Assembly (NCBI RefSeq): GCF_009914755.1 | Contig: NC_060935.1 | Origin: the human T2T-CHM13v2.0 reference genome, Homo sapiens | Direction: 5' to 3' (one strand) | DNA: 64,000 bases | Shown: positions 23,306-39,047 of the stretch, piece after piece | Position numbering within the stretch: position 1 is the first letter of the stretch | Layout of the letters: every line of letters begins with the position of its first letter | Notes under the pieces: model-generated | What the model was told of the DNA's origin: nothing | Databases searched by the model: none | The model's input: the letters and a program-made list of their open reading frames with translations, nothing else | Translations under genes and position numbers: made by a program

Positions 23306-26300
23306 TGACTTTTTGCTAAAAGCTATTCTCAAATCTATCCCATGGGGCAATTCAGTATCCAAAACGAATGTGGTTATTCCACTTTAGAATATCTCTTGTA
23401 TAACATTCTGCTTCATTATGGTTATTTTCATTGACTCTTTTACTCTTATGTTTCTGCAGTACCCAGCCTAGTAGTTTGCACATGGTAAATATTAGATAAT
23501 TCAAAGTTGAGTTCAGGATAGGTAAGCTTCTAAAGGGAATTACTATTTACCACCAAGAATAGCAGTGATGGGCCTTTAAAAACGTAAGAATTTCTTAGAA
23601 AAGTCAAAGTTTCATTTAAAGGTCAAAGCATCTAAACAAATAGGAATTAAAATCCAAATAGCCAAATACTCTCTCAGCTAAACACATTCAAAAGTTATAT
23701 TTGCCCTCATAGTTTATATAGAAGGAGATTTATTTTTATACGAAGCGCCCATTCATTGGTAATATATACAACCAGGAAGATCAAATAAATAAACATGCTT
23801 TTAAAAATAATATAATGCAAAAACTATTGGTATGTAAACTGACTTTCTTGTAACCCTCCAAGATACTGTTAGCTATGAGAATCTTAATATCATACTGGTT
23901 TATAGGCTACCTAATTCATACTTGCATTAGGTAGAAAAACAAACATCCTCAAAAGTGAAGTTCCCAAAGCACCGCACTCAGGATGTCTGTACTACAGGTG
24001 TGATGTCTTGTAAATGAGCGCCAGCTCTCTGACAAGTGTCACTCTTTGACTGACCTGTGGCCAGACAGCCCAGGTCACAAGTGTACTTTTGTTCAGAGCT
24101 TGCCAGTACACTTGATGGTAATTTTAATCACCAGTAACTCTGAAATATTTCTTTTCTTGAGCCTTTCTAAGATTACTCGTGTTGAGAAAATAAAGACAGT
24201 TATATCTTTAAAAACTATTTATGGTGTTTTGAACGTGCCAGCTTCTAAGCAATGAGATAGAACATAATCATGTGACAAATGACATGTCATAACTTTTCAT
24301 ATTTTTTGATATGTTGAGAGACTGCCCAAACAGGGACATTTTTTGGAGAGGACGGATATGAGGAAGAAGTCATGGAGAGAGGATGGGAGTAAAAAAGAAA
24401 CTAACATTAACTCTGCGCCTACAATCTCCCCGGCACCAGGCCAGGCCTGTTCTCAATGCTGTGTTACGTAGTGCTCAAAACACTTTCTCAGGTAGCTATA
24501 ATTAACCCCATTTTGCAGACTGAAAAACTGAGGATCTGAAAGGTGAAGCCACTTGTCAAGTTCACAAAGCAACAAAGTGACGGAGTTGTTATTTAAATCC
24601 AGGTTTGTAAAGCTGCAAAGTTTCCATTGCACACAGTTGTCCAGTCAGAAAGACTCAGCACAGAGATTTTTTTTAAAAATGGTGTTTTCCTATTATTCAG
24701 GAAACATAATTTAGTTCTCAATTCAAATCATGATGTCACTGAGAACTTTATGAACATATGACTCTTAAAATGTTTTTATTTTTTAAATAATGAATATAAT
24801 TCTGTTCCTCAAAAAAATTGAATCAGAAACAATAAGCACAATATACCAATATACTTGTAAATAATAAATCATTCTGAGCAAACCTAATTACCATTTTTCT
24901 TCCAACAGAATTGCATGGCCAAAATATATTGGAAGTTCAAAAGAAACAATATATCTTGATTACTAACATAATAGATAGTGTCTCTTAGACATTAACCAGC
25001 ACGATTAATTGAAAATAGTCTCAATCTGGAATATGAATTGACTTCATTGGAACAAAAGGGCAATGTCATATACTGTCAGGGGTCTCTCTGTCTCCCTGTC
25101 CTGCCCAGCTCTAATTGCCATTTATAATGGTACTTGTAGGGGCAGCAATTGTCTGAAATTACAAAGAAGACAAATTCTTCAGTCCAGTGCTGCCCCTGCC
25201 TATCTCTAAGACTCAACTTACTTTAGATAGAGATAAAAGTTGGGAGCCATCAACAAGTTACACACTAGGAAAATGAGTAGTGATTGTAAGATAAATACAT
25301 AAAGATTTAGGAAAGCCATCATGACCTTTAGAATGGTATTTGTTAATGAATTTAAACTAAATTTTGCCAAACATCTGATGAAAGAGTATATCAGAGAAGA
25401 AATTAATCAGCCTTGAAAGCACAGAAAAAAGAACCACAAGGGCAGAAAGTAAACCATTTAGATTTAGCAAGGTGCAATGACCTGCCTTATAACACACAAC
25501 AATCAGGGGTTGGAAGGAAAACTAAAACACGATGTGTCCGTGTCCACTGATTGTAATCAACTCAAGGGCTCTGATAGCACTCTACATAAAGATGAAAAAT
25601 GTCCACTCAAACTTCTCTACCTCCTCTATGCCAGGCACTGCTAGGTATTGCAAGACAAAGAAATGACCGGGTAATGATGGGTAGTAGGAATATACACAGC
25701 CTCCATTAATGGAGGTAATTTGAACCTACGGAGTGGTAAATAGATGACTTCCTGCTTTCTTCTTTGGAATCTGTGGATTCTTTCGAAAAAGTTAGATATT
25801 GGTTGTATTATAAGGTATAAAAAGGCTACTGTGCAATGCACCTGTTAGACATCTAGGCAGGAAGGAGATGGTCAGGCTTTCCAAAGTGATAGCACTTTCA
25901 AGCGTAACCTAGAAGGTACCCTGCTCATTCAGATCTTACAGAGTGACAGCCTGAGTTACTTATTAAGAAGATGAAGAAAATTCCTCATAAATCATGCAGA
26001 GCAAAGAAGCTTATATTTTCTATTTAGAGATTAAAAGATGCCCCAAGACATAGCTTCTATTTGCCTTAGCTGAGATAGGTGAACACACCCTAGGCAAAAA
26101 TATGAAACTTACAAAATACTCTTCCATATTTCTGAGATCTTCTCTGGCTTAACTACGAATATGATAGAGTGAGATTACTACAGTTCCAAATCAATGGTTC
26201 TCAATATTGCTCAGATGGGACAGTAACATAAAGTCACAGAAACTCTTGCAAAAGAATGTGGAATACTGTATTTTTAATTACTAACAAATTATGTAATTTT

Positions 26301-26819
26301 TACAGAATCAGAAGACACTCTATACTTGAGTGTAGAATAGATAAATAATAGCAGACACCAATAGTTTAAGAAAAATTCAGAGAAAACAAAAAAGCAAGAA
26401 CTTTTTATAAACTTAAAATGTTTGATAAATTTTTTTGAAATAGGATTATGTTTCCATTTTAGCAGCAACATGCTTCTGGCTTACATGGTACCTATGCATA
26501 TTACTTGAGAAATATCGGTTTGGATCCAGGAATTGCTTAATTTATAAAATTACATTCTAGCATTTCAGCTGTGTCCATTCCTAAAACAAATCTACATAAG
26601 ACTGCCTACCTCTGGTCTTGTAGTACATCCTCCTCAGTATCTAAGGACAGATAATGTATTTTCTCCTAATTTTAACACAATCTCTTTTCCTCCTGCTTCA
26701 AAAGTCCCAGATAAACATTTTCTGAAATATTTGTAATTGCATTATTTTTTCTAAACATAATTCTTTGTGTCGTGCTATATGTAGGTATGCTACCATTGTT
26801 TCTTTGGAGTTCTTACGAA

Positions 26820-28445
26820 TTTTAAAAATTTATTTAATTGACAAATAATCATTATTAATATTACATTTATGGAGTACAATGTGATGTTTTGATCTATGCA
26901 TACATCATTAAAAGATTCAATCAACTAATTCACATTTTCATCACCTCATGAACTCATCATTTTTTTTGGTGAGAACATTAAAAATCTATTCTTTTCGCAA
27001 TTTTGGGACATACAATACATTATTATTAACTGTGGGCATTACAGCAATAGATGACTAAAACTGATTATTCCAGTCTAATTAAAATTTTATACCCTTTTGT
27101 CAACGTTTCTCTTTTTTTCATCCCTTACTCTTCCCCCTATCCTCTGGTAACCACCTTTCCACTCCCTGTTTCTATGAGATTAACATCTTTAGATTCCACA
27201 TATTAATGCATAGTACTGGGGATGGTTTTACTGGTGGGGTATTACATAACTAGGGGTTATTGTTGAAGGCAATGGACCGTCTAATTGCTAACAGAAATTC
27301 CGATGACAAAAATAGAATCCTGATTACAAATATCTGTGCGTCAGAAATAGTCTATTTCCTCTTTTAAATAATATCAGATTTGGCCAACTCTTGAAGCCAA
27401 AGTGGAAGCTTCCTAAAATTGCTTCTTTGGAGTGTATTTAAGGGTTTAGAATCACTTAAATTATTTTTCAGGTTTCTTGTTTTCAGGAGCTTTCCTTTAC
27501 CTGAACAAAGTAAAGTTTTCCAAAGAGAAGAGCCACTCTCCAGATTTCTCTTGGAGTCCACACATACCTCACACAATACTTGTTTACAAAAAGGCCTACG
27601 TCTTTTAAGACGAGGACAATTTACTGAAATAATAAACATATTGAAGAAACACACTTCTCACTTTGACCATCAATCTTCTCTGTTTGCAGATTACAGATGT
27701 AATTAGTAGGTGTTTATATTGCTGAATTTGGCTCTGAGCTCAATAGAAAATTTTTATTTGAATTTTTTACCTGATATGTTATCAGCTTGCCTTATATATT
27801 GCATCGTTTCCTCTTAATGAAGCCAATACATTAATCTTTTTTAACACATTTATTAAAGTGTTACTGATATTTAATGTGTACATTTTAAAGAGTTTGGACA
27901 TATGCAAACGCCCATGGAACTACGAACCACAATCAAGGTAATAGACATATCCATCATTGCCAAAATTTGCTGTGTCCTTTTCCTTTTCCTTTTTTATAAT
28001 AAAACACTTGATATAGGTCTACTCTCTTAATAATTGTCAAGTGTACAATACAATATTATTAACTGTAAGTGCTATGTTTTACAGCAGATCTCTGGAATAT
28101 GCTTATATTGCACAACTGAAACTTTATACCATTTAACCAACTCCCCATTTCCCCTCCCTCACTCTAGACCCTGATAATTACCATTCTATTCTCTGATTCT
28201 ATGAGTTTCACCTTCTTAGGTAACTCATGTAAGTAGAATCATGCTGTATTCATCCTTCTGTGACTGATTTATTTCACTAAGCATAACATACTCTAGGCTT
28301 ATCCAGGTTGTCACAAATGGCAGAATTTCCTTCTTTTAGGCTGAGTAATATTACATTGTATGTATTTACCATATTTTAACTCCATTCTTCTGTCTATGGT
28401 CATTTAGGTTGTTTCCATATCTTGGCTGTTGTAAATAATGCTGCG
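26820..28445 (-). mobile_element. Two L1MA/L1MB-like 3'-end fragments (about 26820-27205 and 27850-28445)
   Basis: L1 3' UTR motifs on minus (GTACAATGTGATGTTTTGA, TTAGATTCCACATAT, TCCATATCTTGGCTGTTGT). Confidence 0.75.
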
Positions 28446-28746
28446 ATTAATCTTAATCTTAGGTTAAACATCACTTGACCATTAAATTCTTCCCCCACCT
28501 TTGCCATACACTTCTAAAACATCCTGTGGTTCTTGCCCACTGATTATACTTGCAGTTACTGGTCTGTATGTAGCAACACAGATAGGGAAAGAACTTCAGA
28601 GTAGGATTCTATCTTGACTTGTGCACCACTGTATGAGTAGCATCTAGCAGAGTTCTGAGAACATACTCAGTTCTGAAAATATGTTGAGGAAGTAAGCTAT
28701 TTAACTGAAATCTTTGGAGGAATATTTGTGAAACTCTCTGAAACTA

Positions 28747-29180
<434 letters not shown>

Positions 29181-29669
29181 CTATAGAGAATGTGCAATGA
29201 TATGCAATAGAAATTAAGGTATTTATTTATAATATAATTTTTCAAACATAAGCAAAATAATCTTTGCAATACAATTGAGTCAAACAAAAAAATAGCCTCC
29301 AGAAGAAATGCAGATTAAAAACTCCTGTTTTTAATCCATCGTATTAGTTCTGTGCCTCTAGAGAACCCTGACTAATACACTCCTATTTGACATAAATATG
29401 GCATTTGAAAAAATTATATTTTATTTAATCCTCAGAACAAACCTGTGATGTATATATTTTTATCTTTATTTTTATAGAGGAGAATACAAGTTTGAGATGG
29501 GTGAGTAATCTGCTGAAGATCACTGAATGAATGTGCAAGGAAACCATAACATAAATCCATGTCTCTTTCTACTACTCAATTTTTTCCTGTTACTAATATC
29601 ATTTTTAAAAATAATATTTATGGGGTTACAATTTATGTTTAATAAGCTTTACCCATTTTACCACGTTAT

Positions 29670-31600
29670 GACCCAACAAGAAAGCCTTCACCAGATGCGG
29701 CCACTTGATGTTGAACTTCCCAGCCTCTAGAACCACAAGGTAAATAAATTTCTATTCATTATAAATTACCCAGTATATGATATTCTATTAAAGCAGCACA
29801 GAACGAAATAAGACAGAGAATATTGTCATTTTAACAATATTAATTCTTTTGCTTCATGATCATGGGGTGGGTTTTCAATTATTTAAATTTTATTTAACTT
29901 TTCAAGATTCTTATGTAGTTTTAGCTCATGAATATCACACTTTTTAAATAAAATTTATTTCTAAAGTAGTTTTTTCTTTTGAATGCTGTTGTAAATGGAA
30001 TTGTGTTCTTAATTTCATTTTCATATTGACATTACTAGTGTATAGAATTACAGTTAATTTTTGTAAAGTGATATTTTATTCTAAAAATTCTGAATTTATT
30101 TAACTCTAACAGTTTTTCACAGATGCCTTAGGATTTTCAATATATGTAATCAACTAATATACAAAAAAGATAGTTTTCTTCTATCTTTATAATTTGTATT
30201 TCTTTATAATTTTTATTTTATCTTCATAACTAGTTTTTCTGACTACAAACTCTAGTAAAATGTTTATTAAAATTAGCAAGAACAGATAACCTTGTCCTGA
30301 TCATAGGGGAAGAGCATTGAGTACTTCTTATGATGTTAGCTCTGGGTTTTTCATAGGTGCCCTTAAGTTGAGGGTTTGTTTGTTTGTTTGTTTGTTTTAT
30401 CATGAAGGGGTATTGAATTTTATAAAATGCTTTTTCTGTGTCTCCTATGATGATCATGTTTTTTGTTCTATTATGATGATGCATTACATTGATTTTTGTG
30501 TGTTAAACTAACCTTGCATTCCTTGGATGAAATGTATATGTTAATTTTGCCTATTCTTGAGTGTTGTATACATTTAATCATTTTATATGTTCTCTTTTGT
30601 TTCTGTTCTTTAGGTCAGCATAATATTTTTCAAACTCATGCATGCTCCTGCATATATCAATAGCTCATTTGTTTTTATTGCTGAGTATTATTCCATGGAA
30701 TGAAAATGACATGACATCTGTTCATCCATTCACTTGTTAATAGACATTTAATTTGCTTCTAAGTTTTGGCTAGAATAAATACAATTTTTATGAATATGCA
30801 TGTGCAAGCCTTTGTGTGAACAGTTATCTTCATTTATCTTGGGTAAATATCCAGGAGTGCAATTGCTAAGCCATTTGGTTCATAAAAATTTACTTCAATA
30901 AGACACTGATAAATTCTATTTCAAAGTAGTTGTACCCTTTAAAATCTTCACCAGAAGTGTATGAGAGTTCCATTTGCTCTACAACCTTGCCAATTTTTTT
31001 AGCGTGAGTTTTTTTTAGCAGTTCTAATAAGTATTTATAATGCTGAACATCTTTTTCATATGTTTATGGCTATGTCACTTATATAGCTTCTTTTGTAAAA
31101 TATCTGTTCAAATTTTTCTCCTCTTTATTGCTTTGGTTAAAAAATCTTCTTATTGCAGTGTGTCTGTTTTACATTTATATATTTTGGATTCAAGTTTTTT
31201 TTTTCAAATACATGCATAACAAATTTTTTTCACATTCTGTGTCTTGTTTTTTCATTTTCCTAATGATGTCTTTTTAAAAGAGTGTAATGTTTGTAAATCC
31301 CAATTAATTAATATATTTAATAGTTATGTTTCTCTGTTCTATTTAAGAAATATTTGCCTATACCAGGATTGTAAAAATCTTTTTTATTCTAGAAATTCTA
31401 TAATTTTAGCATATATACTTAGGTCTATGATTCATGTCAAATCTATTTTTATGTATGGCATGGGACGATTAATAGATATTCATTTTCTTCCAGATAGAAT
31501 CCTGTTGTTCTAGCAATATTTGCTTAAAAGTAATTTGTTGAAAATCAGTTGACCATATACATGTGCGGCTATTCCTAGGCTTTTTATTCTGTTGCAAAAA
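29670..31600. mobile_element. MST/MLT1A LTR fragment (about 29670-29815, +) followed by L1M fragments (-)
   Basis: CCAGCCTCTAGAAC…AATAAATTTCTATTCATTATAAATTACCCAG LTR end, then T-rich antisense L1 ORF2/3' UTR. Confidence 0.7.
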
Positions 31601-33184
31601 AATTACCTGAAAATGTCCCAAATTTCTTGAAAAACATTTATTGCATTAACTACATCTTCTTCCACCTCCATTCCACTGTTAAGTTCATCCAATAAATTTG
31701 TTGTTACACCTAACAATTTGCATTGGCTTTTTGTTTGTTCTCCTTTAATTTCTACAGTGATATTTCTTATGTATTATATATTCACTTTTTATTTGGCATC
31801 TCTAATGTTCTTTATTAATTTCTTTAGATCTGAGTTGCCATATGATGTCATTTCTCTTCATCCTTAAAAAAAAATCAGAATCTTTCAGCAATACATTTCC
31901 ACTCACTTCCCTGTTAGTACTGTGCTATCACATGTATTGCATCTACATACATTATAAACCTCAAAATACAATGTTACAGTTTTGGTTTTAAACAGTCCTA
32001 TATCTTTTAAGAGAAATTCAAAGAGGTAAGAAATTTAGTAAAATTGAATATAGATCAATAGAAATTAGAGACTCGATATGCTTCACAAGCCCTAATCAAA
32101 TGAACACAAAGAAAAACACTGTCAAGGTATACTATCATCAGACTAACTATGGTTTCCTGATTCTAGATTCCTCTCTAAATTTCAGCTGCTCTGACAATCT
32201 CAGGCTTTTTTTTAAATCTCAAGATAAGATGCCTTCAGCTTTCTGAACTCCATACTGCTGAGGAATTCACTCAGTTAAAAAGTAGCAAACTCATATCTTA
32301 CCTGGTTCAGCACTATTTTTCAAGTGTAGGCTCCTATCTGATCTCTGACTGCATTTCTTACTAGGATCCTTGAGGGTCTTATCTGCATGTAAAGTCTGGC
32401 TGTCAAAGTGGTATTTGTGCAGGGTTTATAGTCATATTTTGGGTCTTACTCCTGAAATTCTTTCAATGCCGGATTTTTCCCCTTTGAACTTCCATCTGTT
32501 ATTTCAGTCATAAACACAATTCTTTGGTACTTTGAGCCAGTAAGTCTAGGGGTGTCTGCTGTTCTTGCCTGATAGCATCGTGGGTATTTGGGGAGTTCTT
32601 TCTGCCAGAAAGCCTTAAACATGCAATGCTTGCCCTTTCAGCTACAGTTTTTCGAAAACAAACTCAATGGCAGTGATGGCTGCAGTTTCCTCCTCTCTTC
32701 CTCCTCCTCCTCCTCCTCCTGCTCTTCTCCTCCTCATTCTTCTTGTTTTCTAAGATGTTGAATAATTATTTTTAATATTCGGTTCAATGCGTAATTGAAA
32801 TATGCAAAGGGCTTAAATGACCACTCTCCACCATTACCAGAAATACTCTCACTTATGTCACTTTGATGTTATTCAAGTCATAACTGTATTATATCTAAGA
32901 GTATATGTCAGACATATTTAAAAATGTGTTTCTAACAAGGACCTTTTTCTAAAAACTTTTTATTTCATTGGCCAGGATTATTAAAAGTAATGTAAAATGT
33001 CCTGCTATATTTCTTAAGGTCTGGATTATCGAGTTTTTAAGTTCATCAAGTTTTTAAGTTATTTGGTTGACCGCTCATCAATATATTGATATCTGGTTAA
33101 ACATTACTTGACCAAGCAATCCTTCCTTTACTTTTTCTATGTGCTTCAAAAGCACCCTGTACCCTTTGTTAATGCTTATTTCCT

Positions 33185-33480
33185 TTATTATTTATTTATT
33201 TATTCATTTTTAGAGACAGGGTCTTGCTGTGTCATCCAGGCTGGAGTACAGAGGCACAGAGGCATGATCATAGCTCACTTCAGTCTTGAATTATTGGGCT
33301 CAAGTGATTCTCCCATCTGTTTTCTGAGTAGCTAGGTATATGACACCACAACTGGCTAATTTTTTTTTTTCAATTTTAAAAACATTTTTGTAGAAACAAA
33401 GTTTCACTATGTTACCCATGCTGGTCTCAAACTCATGGCCTCAAGCAATCCTCCCACCTCAGCCTGCCAAAATGCTGGGT
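33185..33480 (-). mobile_element. AluJ
   Basis: Diverged Alu dimer with (TTTA)n tail. Confidence 0.85.
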
Positions 33481-36269
33481 GATTTCTTTAATATATACTT
33501 TTCTCATGAGGAAATAAACACCATTAAATAAGGATTATGTTGATCTTGTGTACCACTGTAAGGCCAGCACCCAGTGTGTAGCCTGGAAAACAACAAGTAC
33601 TTAATAAATGTTTACTGAATAAATAAAGTGAAATCTATGGAGGAATATTTGTAAAATTCTATATTAACTAGACTTAATTAACTTAAAAACTCTATATCTA
33701 GCCTTAATAAAGCAATTTCAAAAAAGCATTGTTAGTATAGACACTTTTACATTAAATCTCTTCGGAAAACAAACACACAAACTAAATCCCAAAATAATGA
33801 AGATTAAATAAATTGGCTAAACAGAGCTAGGGTTTTTCAACTTTGAAAAACATTGACATAAAAGTTGAAACACACTTAAGAATTTGTAGTTAGTAACAAG
33901 TAAAGAATAGAAATAAAAAGAAAAATTAAACCTATTTTTGGAAGAGACAAGCATTCAATCCAAACAAACTGCTTGTACTTTAACAGGAACAGACCTTAAT
34001 TCATACCAACCAAAATTTGGAAAAGGTTTATGGACAGCTATAAAAAATGACCACAGGAATTCAATTATCAAAGTTCTTACAATGACTGCAGAAAGTCTTG
34101 GGGAGGGGGACAAAGATGCTACTTGCTTATAAAAAAAAACAATAAAATCAAGAAAAACATGATCAGAATTAGTATCTATTCAGACTAAAATAATATGATT
34201 ATTTAGGGATTCTATCGTAGTAATTCCTATTTTTAAAAATGATCTGCAATAGTCATCTGCATGTTCTTTGCAAGAGCATGTCAGGAGCATTTGGTCTGGG
34301 TGAACTCTATTCCTTTGACATTCTGGTAACTAAAACCTGAATCCACAGCACGTCCTCCTCCCTTAAGGAAAAATATGTGAAAAATCACTGCTCTACACTT
34401 TTGCCAAATTGGATAATCCAATACTGATAGAAAAGTTGTATGGTATAATAAAAGAATAATGGAAAGGAAATAAGGTTGGTCCTTAATGAACCATGTGACG
34501 TGGAGTAATTCACCAGACCTCTGATCCACAGTGCTCTAAGGACGACACCTAAAATATACTCTATTTTTAAAAATTTCTTAATTTCTAATTTAATAATTTT
34601 CCATTTAAAGATCTATCTGTGATTATGATAAAAAAATCACTGAAAAGATGAGCAATAGAGTTAATGTAAAAAATTAGATGGTAAAGAATATTTTGTAGTC
34701 CTTACATAGGACTGCATTACATTGCATTTATTCATAAGTCAAAAAGTACTTACTCAGTGTTCATTATGTTCTTAGATACTGTGTTAGGTTGTTGGTATCA
34801 AATAATAAACACCACCTGTAAAGTCTTCAATTACATTATAAAGAAATAAGGAAGATGAGTCAACAGAAAAATTCTAAACCATGTGAGAAGTGCTATGTTT
34901 GAAGCAAATGAAAAGTAATCTGAGAGCATAAAAGAAAGTCACTTCACATGGTTTTCAGGGAGTTAGGGAAAGTTGTTCATGTAGAAAATATCTTGTATTT
35001 TTAAATTTTAATTTATTTATTTTTGACTCCATTTACTGAGTGCTTCCTATGAATATGAAATTGTGCTGTATACTGTAGAGAAATTTTCAGATGTAACCAA
35101 ACAACCCTAGGTTTTAAGGTGATTATAGTTTTGAACAGAAGATAAAATGCAGGTAAATGAGGTACTGAATAAAAAGTTTAAAAACATATAAGAAGTAATG
35201 TATTGATGTATCTAAAATTATTTTGTAAGATCTATGAGAATTTTTATCATCTTAAAAGAGGTGAACATTTTTTCCAACAAAATAAATTAAGGGTATCTGT
35301 AAGGAGACTATCAGTATATAAGTTGGTATTCATCGGGTAAGAAGAAGCAGTTCAGAAAGAAGAGATCAATGAAGCCAAAGTTTCAAGAGCTAGGGAGCAG
35401 CCAATAAAGTCGTTAAAATCCTGCAGTGAAGAACGGAACTATCTTAGCTAACATATATAAGCAGTACAAGAGTGTGTATTTCAAATATATAACATTTATA
35501 TTCAGAGTCTCACCAATATCAGGTCTGTCTGATTCTCTTTACATTTCTTGACTTTCATTATCTCTGCCCTCTGTGAATGTTGACCTAACTCTTTTCTGCT
35601 ACAGGCAGAACCAAGGCAACATCTTTAAACCTTAACAACACAGATAAGAAAGCATCATTCTCTCTCTCTCTTTCTCTCATAATATTTATATATTGGATAT
35701 AATAAAGTACCCTACCATTTCTATGTTCATTACTTGGACCAATTACTATGAAGTGTAAAATGAGGTAGGCTGCTTGACTAGGAATGAGTTTGTACCATTA
35801 TGATCAGGGAGGAAACAGTGCTTGATAGTCCCATTAGAACTGAAAAGGGTTGGGGAAGGCGTAGCTCCCCAATATGGAAGAGGGATATTGGGTACACAAT
35901 GAGACATGCGCTACAGTTATTGCCCTGAAGAGGCTAAAAAAAAGGTAAAATGTCTTATTTCCTCCTCTGCTATATGTAAAGATGTATAATGTCATGTCAT
36001 TTTTACGGAATTTATAAGAAATATACTAATGATTCCCACTAATTTCCAGATTCCATAATGTTTCTTTGCACAACCTTGCCAAAACAAAATATTAGGAATT
36101 ATACTTCAAAGCATATATCCCTCACTCTATCAGCAAACACAAACACACATTCAAGGAGCAAAAGAATAGTTTGAATTCTCTAAATAAAATGTAGTATGAA
36201 GATGTTTAAAAAAGCTAAGAAATAAAAAGTTATTAGAACTTTTGAATGTGGATCTTTAAAAATGCTTGA

Positions 36270-38395
36270 AATTCAAAATAATAAGAGCCATTTATGACAA
36301 ACCAACAACCAACACCCCACACTGAATGGGCAAAAACTGGAAGCATTCCCCTGGAGAACTGAAACAATACAAGGATTCCCACTCTTACTACTGCTGTTCA
36401 ACATAGGACGGAAGTGCTAGCTAGAGCAATCAGGCAAGAGAACGAAATAAAATCATCCAAATAGGAAAAGGAACAAACTATCTCTCTTCACTGATGATAT
36501 GATTCTATCCCTAGAAAACTCTAAAGGCTATGCCAAAAGGCTCCTGGAACTGATAAATGGCTTTAGTAAAGTTTCAGGATACAAAATCAATGTACAAAAA
36601 TCAGTGGCATTTCTATTCACCAATAACATTCAAGCTGACAGCCAAATCAAGAACACAATTCCATTTGCAATAGCCACACACATAAAATACCTAGGAATAC
36701 GTCTAAGTAAGGAAGTGAAAGATCACTACAAAAAGAACTATGAAACATTACTAAAAGAAATAATAGATGACACAAACAAATGGAAAAACATTTCATGCCC
36801 ATAGATTGCAAAAATCAGTATTGTTAGAATGGCCATATTGTCCAACAGTTTCAATGCTATTCACATCAAACTCTTAATATTGTTTTTCACAGAATTAGAA
36901 AAATCTACTCTTAAATTCATATGAAACAAAAAATGACCCTGAATAGCCAAAGCAATACTAAGCAAAAAGAACAAAGCCAAAGGCATCACAATATCCAACT
37001 TCAAACTACGGTGTAAGGCTGCAATAACCAAAATGGCATAGTACCAGTAGAAAAACAGACACATAAACCACTGGACCGGAATAGAGAACACTAAAATAAA
37101 GCCACCCACCTATAGCCATTTGATCTTTGACAAAGTCAACAAAAATAAGCAACAGGGAAAGGGCTCCATATTCAATAAATGGTGCTGGAATAACTGGTTA
37201 GTCATATGCAGAAGAATGAAACCGGGTCCCCACATTTTACCACATACAAAATTAATTCAAGATGGACTAAAGATTTAAATAATGACTTCAAACTATAAGA
37301 ATCCTAGAAGAAAACCTAGGAAACACCATTCAGGACATCAGCCTTGGAAAAAAAAAATATGATTAAGTCCTCAAAAGCAATTGCTACAAAAACAAAAATT
37401 GTCCAGTGCCACCTAATTAAACAAAAGAGTTTCTGCAAAGCGAAAGAAACAACTGATAGAGTAAACAGACAACCTACAGAATGGGAGAAGATAATCACAA
37501 ACTATGCATCCAACAAAAGTCTAATATCCAGGATCTATAAGGTACTTAAACAACTGAACAAGCAAAAAACAAATAACCCCATTAAAAAACAGGCAAAAAA
37601 TATGAACAGGCACTTCTCAAAAGAAGACATATAAGTAGCCAACAAACGAAAAATGCTCAACATCACTGATCATTGGAGAAATGCAAATCAAAACCACAAT
37701 GAGATACCACCTCACACCAGTCAAAATGGTTACTGTTAGAAAGAAAAAACAGCAGATGCTGGCAAGGCTGTCAAGAAAAGGGAAAGCTTATACACTGCTG
37801 GAGGGAATGTCAATTTGTTCAGCCACTCTGGAAAGCAGTTTGGAGATTTCACAAAGAACTTAGGACAGAACTACCATTTGACCCAGCAATCTCTTTGCTA
37901 GGTATATATCCAAAAGAAAACAAATTGTTCTACCAAAAAGAAACATGCACTTGCAGGTTCACTGCAGCACTGTTTATAATAGCAAAGACATGGAATCAAT
38001 GTAGGTAGATTTGGTAGAGAAAATGTGACACAGATACACCATCAAATACTATGCAGCCATAAAAAGAAATTATGTCCTTTGTAGCAACAAGAATGCAGCT
38101 GGAGGCCATTATCTTAAGCAAATTAACAGGAACAGAAAACCAAATACCACATGTTCTTACTTATAGATGGGAGCTAAACATTAGGTACTCATGAACATAA
38201 ATGGTAGCAGTAGAAACTGGGGTTTACTGGGAGTGCCAAGGTTTGAAAAACCAACTATTGAATACTACACATAGTAACTGGGTTTATGGGATCATTTGTA
38301 CCCCAAAACTCAACATCATACAATACACCCTGATAACATACCTGCACATATATCCCCTGAATCCAAAATAAAAGTTTAAAATAAAATAAAATAAT
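36270..38395 (+). mobile_element. 5'-truncated L1 (old L1PA/L1PB-like): ORF2 RT and C-terminal remnant, 3' UTR, A tail
   Basis: FTDDM (F/YADD-like) followed by the ORF at 36499-36804 ([27 protein letters not shown]) and further ORF2 fragments broken by stops; AAAAT tail. Confidence 0.93.
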
Positions 38396-38740
38396 TTGAG
38401 AAATATTTGAGGTTGATTCAGATGATTTTATAAGGTTATTCATAAAATAAAAGTAAACTTAATTGTTTTCAATATAAAAATTGTATCTACCAAGGAAAGT
38501 AGAATTAGTCCTTAGGAGTTTATCTACATTTTATTGCAGAGTACTTCCCAGGCAACCACAGTTATTCAGAAGGCAAAAGGGAAACAAAGCCCTTTAATAA
38601 ATCAAACTAAGTATTCCTAGGACTCACGGTAGAGAGGTCTCATTCGGTGTTTCACCATCACTTACAACAAACTTAACTCACTTAGCTATACAAACTCCCA
38701 GGATAACTGATTAGACCCAATAAGTGGGAAAGTACAGAAC

Positions 38741-39047
38741 GCTTTTTTTTTCTTTTCTTTTTTTTCTTTTTTGAGACAGTCTTGCTCTGTCGCCAGGCTG
38801 AAATGCAGTGGCGCGATTTTGGATCACTGTAACCCCCACCTCCGGGTTCAAGTGATTCTCCTGCCTCAGCCTCCCGATTAGCTGGGACTACAGGCACGTG
38901 TCACCAAACCTGGCTAATTTTTGTATTTTTAGTAGACACAGGATTTCACCATGTTGGCCAGGATGATCTTGATCTCTTGACCTCGTAATCCTCCCGCCTC
39001 AGCCTCCCAAAATGCTGGGATTACAGGCGTGAGCTATGGTGCCTGGC
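38741..39047 (-). mobile_element. AluS (Sc-like)
   Basis: Full dimer; TSD GGAAAG(T/C)ACAGAAC on both sides. Confidence 0.92.

Noticed and set aside
24900-25520. Possible CR1/L3 remnant or conserved element
   Set aside because: Similarity is too faint to call by eye.
36499-37863. Reverse-transcriptase-like ORFs
   Set aside because: Fragments of a dead 5'-truncated L1 ORF2 with stops and frameshifts; not a novel RT system.
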